From the NCBI GenBank assembly GCA_965213705.1, contig OZ243913.1:2016001-2080000 (forward strand): DNA of 64,000 nt, written 5' to 3'. This document shows, one piece after another, positions 19,167 to 30,213 of the stretch; position 1 is the stretch's first letter; each line of letters begins with the position of its first letter. The notes under the pieces are model-generated. The model saw nothing but the letters and a program-made list of their open reading frames with translations, did not search any database and was not told the origin of the DNA. The DNA is from Trueperaceae bacterium. GTDB lineage: Bacteria > Deinococcota > Deinococci > Deinococcales > Trueperaceae. Made by a program: the position numbers and the translations under genes.

Positions 19167-20231
19167 GTGATTCGCTCGGAAATTACCCTGCCCGTCATCG
19201 CCGCAGTTTTGCTGGCGGCGGGCTTGTTGACGCTCAGCACCGCCGCGCCCGAGGGCGCGTTCGTGGTGCGGCAAGTCGTTTACATGGGCATCGGGTTGGT
19301 TTTGTGCGGGGTCGTTCTGTGGCTGGGCCGTGAACGCATCATGGCCGCCGCCTACCCGCTCTACGGCCTCAGCCTCGGCCTGCTCGTGCTGACTCAACTC
19401 GTCGGCACCGAGAAAAACGGGGCGAAGTCCTGGCTGAACTTGGGCCCGCTGCCCGAGTTTCAGCCTTCGGAGTTGGCGAAAATCGCGCTCATTTTGGCGT
19501 TGGCGGTGACCCTGCACGAGCGGCCCATCCGGGGGCTGCTGAGTTACGTGCGGCCTGTGCTTACGATTCTGATTCCGTTCGCCCTGGTGTTTTTAGAGCC
19601 CGACCTGGGCAGCGCCCTCGTGTTGGCCGCCGTCGGCGGCGGAATGATGCTGGTGCGGGGTTTGCCTTGGAAACACCTCGTTTTCTTGGGTGTGGTGTTT
19701 GTGGTGGCACTGCCGACGGTGGTGTGGCCGCAACTCAAACCGCACCAGAAAGAGCGTCTCGTCATCTTTTTGAACCCCGAAGCCGACCCGCAAGGCAGCG
19801 GTTACCAGGTTATCCAGTCGCGCATCGCCATCGGCTCGGGCGGGATTTTCGGCAAGGGGTACAAGCAAGGGACGCAAGCCCAGTTCGGTTTTATCCCTTA
19901 TCGTTACGCCGACTTTATCTTTCCGGTTCTGGCCGAAGAAGGCGGTTTCGTCGCCGCGGCAAGTTTGCTGTTGCTGTACGGACTGCTGTTCTGGCGGCTC
20001 ATCGGCATGGCGGCGGAATGTCCTTTTGAACGAGACCAACTTGTCATTGCGGGGGTGCTGTCGCTTGTTGGCTTTCAAGTCCTGGTGAACGTGGGCGTCG
20101 CCCTGGGCCTCGCCCCGGTCACGGGCATCACGTTGCCGTTGGTATCGTTTGGCGGGACGAGCCTTATCTCCACGATGCTAGCGCTGAGCTTGGTGTACCT
20201 GGTTCACCGGGACAGGTTTAAGGATTGGTAA
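19167..20231 (+). CDS. rodA: SEDS family peptidoglycan polymerase (RodA)
   Basis: QPSELAK, EPDLG, GYQVIQSRIAIGSGG, GITLPLVSFGGTS. Confidence 0.88.
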   Translation: MIRSEITLPVIAAVLLAAGLLTLSTAAPEGAFVVRQVVYMGIGLVLCGVVLWLGRERIMAAAYPLYGLSLGLLVLTQLVGTEKNGAKSWLNLGPLPEFQPSELAKIALILALAVTLHERPIRGLLSYVRPVLTILIPFALVFLEPDLGSALVLAAVGGGMMLVRGLPWKHLVFLGVVFVVALPTVVWPQLKPHQKERLVIFLNPEADPQGSGYQVIQSRIAIGSGGIFGKGYKQGTQAQFGFIPYRYADFIFPVLAEEGGFVAAASLLLLYGLLFWRLIGMAAECPFERDQLVIAGVLSLVGFQVLVNVGVALGLAPVTGITLPLVSFGGTSLISTMLALSLVYLVHRDRFKDW

Positions 20232-20249
20232 CGCAGTGGGGGAGAAGTG

Positions 20250-21563
20250 TTACACGTCTTGGGGCAGGTCGTCGGGCGGAGGCAACACGATTTTGACCTC
20301 GCGGATGGCGAGGCCGTCGACGGCTTCGACGTTCATTCTCAACCCCGCCGCTTCGGCCGTGTCGCCGACAGTGGGCGGGCGACCGAGTTCGTCGACGATA
20401 AAGCCGCCGACCGTCTCACTGCGGTCGGTAGCCAGCTCCAGGTCGTAAAGCCGGTTGAGGTCGGTCAGCAACACGTCGCCCCGCACTCGGAGCACGCCGG
20501 GCTCGAGCAAGGAGACAGTGTCGTCTTCGTCTTGCACCTCGCCCACGACCTCCGCCAGCAAATCTTCCAAGGTGACGATGCCCGCGGTGCCGCCGTACTC
20601 GTTCATGACCACGGCCATGTGAATTTTGAGGCGTTTGAAGGCTGCCAACAAACTCTCGGCGGGCAGGTGCTCGGGCACACGGGGCGCGCGGCGCATAAGG
20701 TGACGCAGGTCGGTGTCAACCCCGGTTGTCTGCGCCTTGATGTAGTCCTTGACGTGCAAGATGCCGACGATGTCGTCTAAGTCTTTTTCGAACACCGGAA
20801 AGCGGCTGTACCCCTCTTCCAGCAGGTGCATCACGTCTTTTAAGTTCCCGTCGACCCCTAAGCCGACCACGCGAGGACGCGGCGTCATGAGCTGCCCGAC
20901 CTCGCGCTCGCTGAAGCTGAAGATGTTGTCGATCAGTTCGTGTTGCCGCTCTTGCACCTCACCCTCCTCAGCGCTTTCATCGACGAGGTGCTCGAGTTCC
21001 CGTACCGAGTAAAACTGCCCGTGCCCAGCTATTGGAATACCCAGTGCTCGCAGGCACAGGTTGCCCAGGGCGTTCAGCAGCCACACCAGGGGCGCGAACA
21101 CCGTGCCGAACACGGCCATCGGCGGTGACACGCGCAGCGCCGTCTTTTCAGGTGCTATAAGCGCCATCGCCTTGGGCACCATCTCGCCGATAACCACGTG
21201 CAGGTAGGTCATGAGCGCCACGGCGACGACGACGGCGACGGTGTGAGCGAGCGCCCCGCTGCCCGCAACGCCCCAACGTTCCAAGGGGGCCAGCAGCCAC
21301 TCGGCGATGACCTCCTCGCCGTACATGCCCAGTCCGATGCTTGCCAGGGTAATCCCAAGCTGTGCGGTGGCGATGTAGCGGTCTTGGTTGGCGGGGCTTG
21401 CGAGGACGCGGCGCACCCGCACGGCGGCGCGGTTACCCGCCTCTACAAATTTGTCCATACGCGCCTTGCGCGCCGCGACCAGTGCGAATTCGGCCGCCAC
21501 GAACAGTCCGTTTATAACGACCAGGGCCAAGATTATGAGGCTGGGGATAAGGTAGGTCGTCAC
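20250..21563 (-). CDS. CNNM/CBS/CorC (hemolysin family) membrane protein
   Basis: NGLFVAAEFALV, GEMVPK, NEYGGTAGIVTLED. Confidence 0.9.
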   Translation of the reverse strand: MTTYLIPSLIILALVVINGLFVAAEFALVAARKARMDKFVEAGNRAAVRVRRVLASPANQDRYIATAQLGITLASIGLGMYGEEVIAEWLLAPLERWGVAGSGALAHTVAVVVAVALMTYLHVVIGEMVPKAMALIAPEKTALRVSPPMAVFGTVFAPLVWLLNALGNLCLRALGIPIAGHGQFYSVRELEHLVDESAEEGEVQERQHELIDNIFSFSEREVGQLMTPRPRVVGLGVDGNLKDVMHLLEEGYSRFPVFEKDLDDIVGILHVKDYIKAQTTGVDTDLRHLMRRAPRVPEHLPAESLLAAFKRLKIHMAVVMNEYGGTAGIVTLEDLLAEVVGEVQDEDDTVSLLEPGVLRVRGDVLLTDLNRLYDLELATDRSETVGGFIVDELGRPPTVGDTAEAAGLRMNVEAVDGLAIREVKIVLPPPDDLPQDV

Positions 21564-22843
21564 GGTTCGTCCTCGGCGCTGTCGGGCAAAGTGAAGCTGA
21601 CCCCGGTTACCGCGTTGCCGCTGACTCCGGTTACCTGCAAGGTCACGTCGCCGACCGTCACCTCGTCGCCCACCTCGGGGGCTCTTTCCAGCTCTTCTAG
21701 CGTCATCCCGCCGACGGTGTCGGCCTCGTCCTCGGGCAAGTGCAGCAAAAACTGCCGGTTGAGGGTGGTAACGAGGACGTCGCCACGCACGCTCACCCGG
21801 TCACCGCGCCGCTCGAGCCGCTGCTCCTCGTTGTCGAACTCGTCTTGCACCTCGCCGACGATTTCTTCGATGATGTCCTCTAAAGTAACCAGCCCGACCG
21901 TGCCGCCGTACTCGTCGAACAGCACCGCCATGTGGTTTTGACGCTGTTTGAGCGTGTCCCAAACCTCGCTGACGGTGTTGGTCTCGGGCAGCAAGGGCAC
22001 CTCACGCAATACGTCGTGCAAGGTGCCGCTCGTGCCGGATTGCACAAAACCGAACAGGTCTTTCAGGTTGAGGACACCTACGACGGTGTCGATGGCGCCT
22101 TCGTAGACGGGAAAGCGCATGTGCGGCGTCTGTACCAAGCGGGCGAGCGCCGCGGCGGGGGGTTCGGACACGTCCGCGCTCACCATGCGGTTGCGCGGGA
22201 CCATGATTTGGCGGGCGAGGCGGGTCTCTAACTGCAAGACGTTGGCGAGCATCTCTTTTTCGTCCGAGTCTAAAAAGCCTCCCTGGGCACTTTCGCTGAA
22301 AACAAGCTCGAGCTCTTCCGGGGAGTGCGCGTGCGTCTTTGTTTTGGACTCAACGCCGAACAAGCGCAGCAGCAGCAGCGCCGAGCCGTTAAAGAGCGCG
22401 ATAAAGGGGTACAGGATAAACAGCGACCAGCGCAGCGGCCTGACGGTGACCAGCGCCAAACGCTCGGGGTAGCGCAGCGCGATGGACTTGGGTACAATCT
22501 CACCGAAAATAACCTGTAGGGTCGTCAGAAAGGCTAAGACGACAAGTGCCGCTACCCCGGTCGAGAGCCCAAAGCCCAAATAGGGTGACAACTGCGCTTG
22601 ACCGTAAAAGCCCACCATCAGGCTGGACAAGGTGATGCCGACCTGACACGCCGCGATGTAACGGTCAAGCTCGCGGGGGCTCTCTAAGTAGGGCAGCAGC
22701 GCTCTTGCCGCGCGGCTGCCGTCGTCGGCAAGGTTGGAAACGCGAGCACGCCGAGAGCTGATTGCTGAGAACTCGGCGGCGACGTAAAGGGCGTTCAAAC
22801 TTAGAAGAAGAACGACGACGGCTATGACAACGACTAGACCCAC
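21560..22843 (-). CDS. CNNM/CBS/CorC membrane protein, tandem paralog
   Basis: NALYVAAEF, GEIVPK, DEYGGTVGLVTLED; AGGAG before GTG 22843. Confidence 0.88.
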   Translation of the reverse strand: MGLVVVIAVVVLLLSLNALYVAAEFSAISSRRARVSNLADDGSRAARALLPYLESPRELDRYIAACQVGITLSSLMVGFYGQAQLSPYLGFGLSTGVAALVVLAFLTTLQVIFGEIVPKSIALRYPERLALVTVRPLRWSLFILYPFIALFNGSALLLLRLFGVESKTKTHAHSPEELELVFSESAQGGFLDSDEKEMLANVLQLETRLARQIMVPRNRMVSADVSEPPAAALARLVQTPHMRFPVYEGAIDTVVGVLNLKDLFGFVQSGTSGTLHDVLREVPLLPETNTVSEVWDTLKQRQNHMAVLFDEYGGTVGLVTLEDIIEEIVGEVQDEFDNEEQRLERRGDRVSVRGDVLVTTLNRQFLLHLPEDEADTVGGMTLEELERAPEVGDEVTVGDVTLQVTGVSGNAVTGVSFTLPDSAEDEP

Positions 22844-23067
22844 ACCTACGTGTCTCCTGTCTGTCTTTTTGGCAAAAGGATAGCGCAGTTGTAAAGAAAA
22901 TACATACAAAGGTAAGGAGGGGGCATGAACATTTGCAAGGGTAGTATACCGGAGTCGCAAACGTGGGCGCTCGACTTGCAAAGCCGAGCGCTCGAGCCAG
23001 CCCGAAAGAGGTGACTCAACCCGCGATTCGGTTGCTTTACTTCAGCGCCGCCGGCTCCGTGGGCGCT

Positions 23068-23628
23068 CTAAGGTGCCGGGGAAGAGGGTGCCACCGCCCG
23101 GAGCGAATAAACCGGCGCAGGCGCTTCGGGTAGGGGGATAAGCACGCCCTGTTGTTTGGGCTTGGGCACGCGGTAGCTCTCGAGCAGGGGTCGTTCTTCG
23201 GCAAGAAGCAGTTCAAGCTCTTCGAGGCCGCGTTCGTGCATGGCCTCGCCCTCGATGACGCTTTCGGCCAGCGCGGCCTGCGTTTGCGCGCTCGAGGCCG
23301 CAATCATGCCCCTGGCCGTAAACAAAAACGACAGAGCGATAAACGTCCCCATCGCGATGACGATGCCGCTGCTGAAAAAGCCGGTGTAGATGGGGTCGTC
23401 GTCGCGCAGGTGCATGTAGATGGCGATGACGAGCGCGAACTTGAGCAGCGACATGCCGACGAGCAAAACGAGGGTCGCGAAGCCGTTCAACCAGGCGACG
23501 TCGTACTCGACGATGGCGAATTCTAGGTAGGTAATAGCCATCAAAACGAACGCGATGACGTAGTAAAACGAGGTACCGCCCTTGTGGTGGCCCGCTTCTA
23601 CGTCTTGGTCTTGGTTGGTTTTTGCCAT
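23068..23628 (-). CDS. Cytochrome c oxidase subunit IV family protein with a C-terminal extension
   Basis: KFALVIAIYMHL motif; last gene of the oxidase operon. Confidence 0.8.
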   Translation of the reverse strand: MAKTNQDQDVEAGHHKGGTSFYYVIAFVLMAITYLEFAIVEYDVAWLNGFATLVLLVGMSLLKFALVIAIYMHLRDDDPIYTGFFSSGIVIAMGTFIALSFLFTARGMIAASSAQTQAALAESVIEGEAMHERGLEELELLLAEERPLLESYRVPKPKQQGVLIPLPEAPAPVYSLRAVAPSSPAP

Positions 23629-24248
23629 CAGACGAACTCCACAAGGTAGATGACCGTAAAAATCACGATCCAGACGATGTCGACAAAGTGCCAATAGAGC
23701 GCCGCCACGTCGAAGTAGACCTCGTCACGGCTACTTATCGGCCGTATGTAAGAGGTGACGAGAATCGACAACAACCACAGCACGCCGATGGTGACGTGAA
23801 TTCCGTGGGTGCCGGTCAACACGAAAAAGGTCGTGCCGAACAGGTTTTGTTGCAGGGTCAGGCCTTCGTGGACGAAGTGCCTGAACTCGTAAATCTGAAA
23901 ACCCAGAAAAACCGACCCGAAAAAGCACACGCCGAAAGTGAACAACCTGAACTTGGGAATGTCGTTGTTGCGCAAGTAGTAAAGCGCCACGACCATAAAC
24001 ACGCTCGACATGAGCAGCACGAACGAACTCAGGGTCGTCAGCGGAATGTCCAAAATGTCGCGGGGGTAAGGCCCCTGGATGCTGCGGTCTTTGTAAACGA
24101 GGTACGTCCCGATGAGCGACCCGAAAAACATGCAGTCCGAAGCCAGGAACACCCACATGAGCAGTTTGGGGTCGGGCAGCTTGGTACTGCGGTAACCGTG
24201 GTTGGTTACCGCAGCGTGGGGGTTGGGGATGATGGCGGGTTCACTCAT
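23628..24248 (-). CDS. coxC: Cytochrome c oxidase subunit III
   Basis: WVFLASD, LTGTHGIHV, YWHFVDIVW. Confidence 0.92.
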   Translation of the reverse strand: MSEPAIIPNPHAAVTNHGYRSTKLPDPKLLMWVFLASDCMFFGSLIGTYLVYKDRSIQGPYPRDILDIPLTTLSSFVLLMSSVFMVVALYYLRNNDIPKFRLFTFGVCFFGSVFLGFQIYEFRHFVHEGLTLQQNLFGTTFFVLTGTHGIHVTIGVLWLLSILVTSYIRPISSRDEVYFDVAALYWHFVDIVWIVIFTVIYLVEFV

Positions 24249-24283
24249 AAAAGCTCCAGCACGGCTTTAAGCTTCGACACGGC

Positions 24284-26248
24284 TCAGTCTCCGACCGCGT
24301 CGACGGCGCGGCGTGACGGAAACACGTGGGTGCCGCCCACGCCTTCCAGGGCCCAGCCGTACGTCCCGGCCAGGATAATGAGGGCGCAGACCGACCCTAA
24401 CAGCCAGTTGTGGTAGATGACTGCGTAACCGCCGACGAACATGGCTGCGCTCATCACAAAGGGGTACCAGGACTGGCCCGGAATGTGAATGCCGTGGGCG
24501 TCGTAGTCTTCGGCGAATTCGCCCGCGTCTTCGACCGCCTCGACGTTGTTCTCGTGACCGTCCTCGAGCGGCGCGAACGGGTCGCGGTCGGTTTCATAAA
24601 AGTGCAGTTCGGGGTGTTTGGTGTGCCAGTAGGGGTCGCGGTCGAGGACGATGGGCATGGTGTCGAAGTCGTGCTCGGGCGGCGGCGAAGTCGTGCTCCA
24701 CTCCAAGGTGCGGGCGTCCCAGGGGTCGTTGCCCGCAGGCGCGCCGTTTCTGAGCGAGCGGAAAAAATCGTAGGCGAACAGCAGCGCGCCGGTAAGGGCG
24801 ACGAACACGCCCAGGGTTGAAAGCAGGTTGTAAATCTCGAAGCCGTAGCCCGGAAAGTAGGTCTGCGTGCGCCGCGGCATCCCCAGCAGCCCGACGATGT
24901 GCTGCGGGAAGAAAATCAGGTGCAAACCGCCCGCCACAAAACCGAACACCCACTTGCCGAGTTTTTCGGACAGCATCTTACCGGTGATTTTAGGGAACCA
25001 ATAGTAGGTCCCGGCAAAAAAGGCCAACAACGCGCCCCCACCCATCACGTAGTGGAAGTGGGCGACCACAAAGTAGGTGTCGGTGGCTTGGCGGGTGAAA
25101 GCCGGCATGCCCAGCATAACGCCCGTGACGCCGCCCATTGTAAAAGTGATGATAAACGCGATGGCGAAAAGCATCGGCGTGGTGAAGCGCAGTTTGCCGC
25201 CTACCATCGTACCCAACCAGTTGAAAATCTTTGCGCCGGTCGGGATGCCGATGATAATGGTTGTTACCGAGAACGCGGCGTTGGCGACCGCGCCCAGGCC
25301 GGTCGAGAACATGTGGTGGCTCCACACCGCAAAGCCCATAAAGCCGATAAAAATGCCGGCCAAAACCATGATGGGGTAGCCGAACAAGGGTTTGCTCGAG
25401 AAGGTTGGAACAATCTCGTTGATGACGCCGAAGGCGGGCAAAATGATGATGTACACCTCGGGGTGGCCGAAAATCCAGAACAAGTGCTGCCACAGTATGG
25501 GCATCGCCCCCGCCTCGGGCACGTAAAAGAGTGTGCCGAACGAACGGTCCATGATGACTTGGAACAGCGCGATGGTTAGGGCCGGGAAAGCGAAAACGAT
25601 CAAGAACATCGTCACTAGAATCATCCAGGTGAAAAGCGGCATCCGCATGAAGGTCATGCCCGGCGCGCGCATGTTGATGATGGTGACAATTAAGTTCATA
25701 GCCGTAATCAAGGTGCCGATGCCGCCGATAAACAGCGCGACCATGTAAAAGTCGGTGCCGTGGCCGGGGTTGTTGCTCAAGGATGTCAGGGGCGAGTAGG
25801 CGAACCAACCCACGTCCGGCGCGCCGCCCAAGAGCCAGCTCGACAAAAACAGCAAACCGCCGAACAGGTAAATCCAGTAGCCGAAAGCGTTGAGCCGCGG
25901 AAAAGCCAAGTCCCTCGCGCCAATTTGTAGCGGGACAAGGTAGTTAGCAAACCCTATCCCCATCGGCATGATGGCGAGAAACACCATCGTCACGCCGTGG
26001 GCGGTGAACATCTCGTTGTACAAGTCGGGGTTTAGGAGTTTCATGTTCGGCGCGATGAGTTGCAGGCGAATCAGGGTTGACTCGATGGTGCCGACACCCA
26101 GAAAGAAAAAGCTCGAGACCAGGTACAAAATACCCAGCTTTTTGTGGTCGATGGTGGTGAGCCAACTCAGCGCCCCCGTTTTCCAGGTGGGCCGTTGTAA
26201 CAAGCCCGTTTGGCTCGCGGGTCTGCTGGGCTGCCGACTAATCGCCAT
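24284..26248 (-). CDS. coxA: Cytochrome c oxidase subunit I (A-type)
   Basis: DHKKLG, WIFGHPEVY, VWSHHMF, VAHFHY, GMPRR. Confidence 0.96.
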   Translation of the reverse strand: MAISRQPSRPASQTGLLQRPTWKTGALSWLTTIDHKKLGILYLVSSFFFLGVGTIESTLIRLQLIAPNMKLLNPDLYNEMFTAHGVTMVFLAIMPMGIGFANYLVPLQIGARDLAFPRLNAFGYWIYLFGGLLFLSSWLLGGAPDVGWFAYSPLTSLSNNPGHGTDFYMVALFIGGIGTLITAMNLIVTIINMRAPGMTFMRMPLFTWMILVTMFLIVFAFPALTIALFQVIMDRSFGTLFYVPEAGAMPILWQHLFWIFGHPEVYIIILPAFGVINEIVPTFSSKPLFGYPIMVLAGIFIGFMGFAVWSHHMFSTGLGAVANAAFSVTTIIIGIPTGAKIFNWLGTMVGGKLRFTTPMLFAIAFIITFTMGGVTGVMLGMPAFTRQATDTYFVVAHFHYVMGGGALLAFFAGTYYWFPKITGKMLSEKLGKWVFGFVAGGLHLIFFPQHIVGLLGMPRRTQTYFPGYGFEIYNLLSTLGVFVALTGALLFAYDFFRSLRNGAPAGNDPWDARTLEWSTTSPPPEHDFDTMPIVLDRDPYWHTKHPELHFYETDRDPFAPLEDGHENNVEAVEDAGEFAEDYDAHGIHIPGQSWYPFVMSAAMFVGGYAVIYHNWLLGSVCALIILAGTYGWALEGVGGTHVFPSRRAVDAVGD

Positions 26249-27356
26249 TTACGCCTCCTACTTGCGCCTGCGGCGCTCGTTCTGTGCCTAAACTCTCTAA
26301 GTAAGCGACCAACGCCGTGATTTCCTCATCCCGCTTGGGGTCGTCGGGACTCCACAGGGTCGGCATGTAGTTACCCGGCTTGACCGCTTGCGGGTTGGCA
26401 AGCCACAAGGCCAAGTTGTCCGGCGTGTTGTCTATAACGCCCGCCGCCAGCGACGTGCGCAACCCGAAGTTCGTCAGGTCGGGTTTGTCGGGTGCGCCGC
26501 CCGCATACCCCCGCACGCTATGACAAGACGCGCAGCCTTTTTGCTTGAACAGTTGCTGTCCCGCCTCGACGAGCGGGTCGGCCTGGACTCGCTGCACCGG
26601 GGGTTGGCCGACTTGTTGCTGCAGCGGCGTGATGTCTTGAAACGAGGCCAGCCACGCGTCGTAGTCGGCGGGTGTGTCGACGACGACGCGCATCCGCATG
26701 TAGGCGTGCGCGCCCAAACACAGTTCGGCACACTCGCCGTAGTACACGCCCAACGGTGTATTTTCGTCGGTGGTGAACCAGAGTTGGTTTTGCTGGTTGG
26801 GGATAAGGTCCGTTTTGCCCGCGAGTTTGGGCACCCAAAAGCTGTGGAGCACGTCGCCCGAGTCGAGGTTCAAGATGACTCGAGCCCCCTGCGGAACGTG
26901 GATTTCGTTGGCGGTAAGCACACCCTCGTTGGGATACTCAAAAGCCCACCACCACTGCCAGCCGGTCACGTTGACGACCACGTCTTCGTCGGTCGGAACG
27001 GCGCGTACCCCGGTCGTAAAGTTGGTGCGTACCGACGGTATGGCGACAGCGACGGCGATGCCCGTCGCCGCCAAAATCAAACTTATCTCAATAAACGCGT
27101 TGCCGTGAACTTGCTTTGGAATGCTGTCGTCACCGGGCTTGGCGCGGTAGCGGACGATGGCGTAAACCAGCACGCCGCCCACGCCGACCAAAACCGGTAC
27201 GCTCCACCATAATGCGTACCAAAATAGCCCCATCTGCTCCCTGGCGACAAAAGCTTGGGGGTCGAGCGCCGACTGAACGGTATCGAGCGCACAGCCCCCG
27301 AGCAGCGCCACGGCAACGAGGGCGACGCCGAACGTCAGCCACCTCTTTTTTAGCAC
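26238..27356 (-). CDS. coxB: Cytochrome c oxidase subunit II with fused cytochrome c (caa3 type), lipoprotein
   Basis: Lipobox LGGC; DVLHSFWVP; CAELCLGAHAYM (CuA); CASCH heme c; GGAGGAG before GTG 27356. Confidence 0.93.
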   Translation of the reverse strand: MLKKRWLTFGVALVAVALLGGCALDTVQSALDPQAFVAREQMGLFWYALWWSVPVLVGVGGVLVYAIVRYRAKPGDDSIPKQVHGNAFIEISLILAATGIAVAVAIPSVRTNFTTGVRAVPTDEDVVVNVTGWQWWWAFEYPNEGVLTANEIHVPQGARVILNLDSGDVLHSFWVPKLAGKTDLIPNQQNQLWFTTDENTPLGVYYGECAELCLGAHAYMRMRVVVDTPADYDAWLASFQDITPLQQQVGQPPVQRVQADPLVEAGQQLFKQKGCASCHSVRGYAGGAPDKPDLTNFGLRTSLAAGVIDNTPDNLALWLANPQAVKPGNYMPTLWSPDDPKRDEEITALVAYLESLGTERAPQAQVGGVNGD

Positions 27357-27491
27357 ATTCTCCTCCTTTTTCCACTTCGAGATACCCAACGCTGAAATAC
27401 CTGCAAGGCGTGACCAACCCGAGTCTTTGGGCTTAAATGTAACACAGGTTTTGGCAGCGTGTCGTAGGGCATTTGTCCCGTCGGCAACACC

Positions 27492-28997
27492 CTAAACGAC
27501 TTCTCGGTAGCTTACGGCTTCGGCCAGGTGACTTTCCGTAATGGCGTTTTCATTTGCTGAACTTTCACTCGACAGGTCGGCGATGGTCCGCGCCACGCGC
27601 AGCAAGCGGTCGTAGCCGCGGCCCGACAGGGAGAGTTGCTTGATAATCGCGCGTGCGAACGCTTCAGGGCCTGCACCTAAACGCGCGTGTTTGCGCAACG
27701 CTTGCCCCGTCAGGTGCGCGTTCGCCACGCCTTGGCGCTCGACGGCCAGGGTGCGCGCCGCGGCGACGCGAACCCGCAACGTTTCGCTACTTTCGCCCGG
27801 CGGCGCGCGCAACAGGTCGTCGGCCGATAGGCGCGGCACGCTGAAACGCAGGTCGATGCGGTCGAGGAGCGGCCCGCTGATGCGGTCGCGGTAGCGCTGG
27901 CGCAACGTCGGGGTACACGAGCAGGCTTGCTGGCTGTCGCCGAAATAGCCGCACTGGCAGGGATTTTGGCTGGCGACAAGCATGAAGCGAGCCGGAAAGG
28001 TTAGCGAGGCTCGAGCCCGGCTGATGGTGACGATGCCGTCTTCTAAGGGTTGGCGCAGGACCTCCAGGGCCTTACGGCTGAATTCGGGAAACTCGTCCAA
28101 AAACAGCAAACCGCGGTGGGCCAGGCTCACCTCGCCGGGTTTGGGAATGTTGCCGCCGCCGATAAGCCCGGCGTCCGACACCGTGTGGTGCGGCGCGCGA
28201 AAGGGCGGGTGCTGGACGAGGCCGTGGCGGCTGAGCAGCCCGGCTGTGGAGTGGATGCGCGTGACCTCGACGGCCTCGGCGCGGTTTAGGGGCGGCAAGA
28301 TGCCGGGCAGTCGCCGCGCCAACATCGTCTTGCCCGAGCCGGGTGGGCCGGTCATGAGGACGTTGTGACCGCCGGCGGCGGCAATCTCGAGCGCCCGTTT
28401 GGCCGCCGCCTGGCCCTTGACGTCTTGAAAGTCTTGAAAGCGTTCTTCTTGCACGGCCGCGTCGGGGTGAGCGGGCTCGAGCCTTTTCTCACCGCGCAAA
28501 AACTGCACGACCTCCAACAGGGTCGCCGGCGCGTACACCTCGACCTCGTCCAGAACCGCGGCTTCGGCGGCGTTGTCGGGCGGCACCAGCAGACGCCTTA
28601 TGCCGGCCCCGGCGCAGTACAGGGAAATGTTGATAGCGCCCCGCACGGGCCGAATCGCCCCGTCGAGCGCAAGTTCGCCGGCGATAATCGTGGCCTGCAG
28701 CGCCGCCTGCGGCACCACGCCCTGCGCCGCCAACACCGCCACGGCTATGGGCAGGTCGAAGGCGGGACCCTCTTTGCGCACGTCGGCGGGGGCTAAGTTG
28801 ACGACGATGCGGCTCGCAGGAAAGGGAAAACCGGCGTTTTTGATGGCGGCGCGCACGCGCTCTTTGGACTCTTGCACGGCCGCGTCCGGCAGGCCGACGA
28901 CCATGACGGCAGGTAAACCGCCCGCGACGTCGACCTCGACCTGAACCTCGTAAGCGTCGACGCCGAAAACCGCGGCGGACGTGACTTTGGCAAGCAT
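27492..28997 (-). CDS. comM: YifB/ComM family AAA+ ATPase
   Basis: [49 protein letters not shown]. Confidence 0.92.
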   Translation of the reverse strand: MLAKVTSAAVFGVDAYEVQVEVDVAGGLPAVMVVGLPDAAVQESKERVRAAIKNAGFPFPASRIVVNLAPADVRKEGPAFDLPIAVAVLAAQGVVPQAALQATIIAGELALDGAIRPVRGAINISLYCAGAGIRRLLVPPDNAAEAAVLDEVEVYAPATLLEVVQFLRGEKRLEPAHPDAAVQEERFQDFQDVKGQAAAKRALEIAAAGGHNVLMTGPPGSGKTMLARRLPGILPPLNRAEAVEVTRIHSTAGLLSRHGLVQHPPFRAPHHTVSDAGLIGGGNIPKPGEVSLAHRGLLFLDEFPEFSRKALEVLRQPLEDGIVTISRARASLTFPARFMLVASQNPCQCGYFGDSQQACSCTPTLRQRYRDRISGPLLDRIDLRFSVPRLSADDLLRAPPGESSETLRVRVAAARTLAVERQGVANAHLTGQALRKHARLGAGPEAFARAIIKQLSLSGRGYDRLLRVARTIADLSSESSANENAITESHLAEAVSYREVV

Positions 28998-29127
28998 GGT
29001 TTCAGCCTATCGTGAACGGTCTCTTTCTACAGCGCGACCTTTTCACACTGCGAGTTTGATTCACACTGCGACTCTAACGGTTTAATTTGATTAAAAGCGC
29101 GCGCAGCCGTACTTCTGTTTAAGCGTG

Positions 29128-29589
29128 CTATTGCTTGATAATGTGGCTGAGGATACAAGGCGGCTTACCCCTGACCTCGACACCCTCGAGGCAGGGCGAA
29201 CTGAAATAAGGTTCGTTATAAACCACGCCGACACTAACGCTCGGCACCAGCACACCCTCCGCTGAGATGTAACCTATCTCTTCGCCCGCTGCACCGTAGC
29301 ACCACGCTTCCGCTTTGACTCGGTCCCCTTGGTCTATGCCGTCCCGAAGTTTATTCTCGGCATAGTTTTCGCCGAGCGGCACGACGGGACTCGCGAACAT
29401 GACTGTAGCTCCAGACATCAAGCGACCTTTTAAGCCCCCTGTGCAGATAGTCGCATTGGCCTCCGGCCCATTGAATACTTGATAGCCGATGGTGCCACCC
29501 AGCTCTGTCGGCCCTATACAGCCGGAGAGCATAAGCAGGAGCAGACTGATAAGTGCTGACAAACTAAAGAGAACACTTTTCCATTTCAC
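29128..29589 (-). CDS. Hypothetical lipoprotein with additional cysteines
   Basis: Signal peptide ending in LSGC; somewhat lower GC. Confidence 0.65.
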   Translation of the reverse strand: MKWKSVLFSLSALISLLLLMLSGCIGPTELGGTIGYQVFNGPEANATICTGGLKGRLMSGATVMFASPVVPLGENYAENKLRDGIDQGDRVKAEAWCYGAAGEEIGYISAEGVLVPSVSVGVVYNEPYFSSPCLEGVEVRGKPPCILSHIIKQ

Positions 29590-29720
29590 GCTGAATCCAA
29601 TCTCGCGTTCCTGTTCCGTGTTGACGTGGTGAGTATCTTACACTACACTCTAACTGCCCCCTGTCCGTAGTAGGCAGTGACTTCAAGCAACGGGGGCGCG
29701 CACTATGGAAGGTTTTAACA

Positions 29721-30017
29721 ATGATTAAGAAGCAACACGTCAAAAGCCGCAACGTCACCAAAGTAACTTTCGAACTTCCCGCCGACCTAGAAGCCGACGC
29801 CGTTCACCTGCTCGCCGACTTCAACAGCTGGCAACCCGTCGCTTTTGAAAAACTGAAAAGTGGTAAGTGGAAATTGCTGCAAGAAGTCACGGAAGGCAGC
29901 TACCAGTTTCGCTACATGGTCGACCACGAAGGCCACCACCACTTTATGAACGACCCCGAGGCCGACGACACCGTACCCAACGACAAGGGCACCGAAAACG
30001 CCGTCCTGAACTGCTGA
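29721..30017 (+). CDS. Stand-alone glycogen-binding (isoamylase early set / CBM48-like) protein
   Basis: KVTFELP, ADFNSW, YQFRY, NDPEAD. Confidence 0.85.
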   Translation: MIKKQHVKSRNVTKVTFELPADLEADAVHLLADFNSWQPVAFEKLKSGKWKLLQEVTEGSYQFRYMVDHEGHHHFMNDPEADDTVPNDKGTENAVLNC

Positions 30018-30213
30018 ACCTGGTAACGGCTGTGAACAAGACGTTGGACGTGCATAGGATGTTGGCGCAGCGTCTTTGCAAGACTTTTCTTTTGGAAGCG
30101 CCCTGAAACTTTCAGTGCCGCGCAAGCCGCTCCGATAAGTTCTTAACACCCTGTACGACGTCCGAGCCTTTTTAAGGCGTTCGGTCGAGAGTGTTGCTGA
30201 GCTTGATGTGAGG

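Noticed and set aside
20250..22843. Tandem CNNM/CorC paralogs as a novelty
   Set aside because: Paired hemolysin-family genes are a common arrangement
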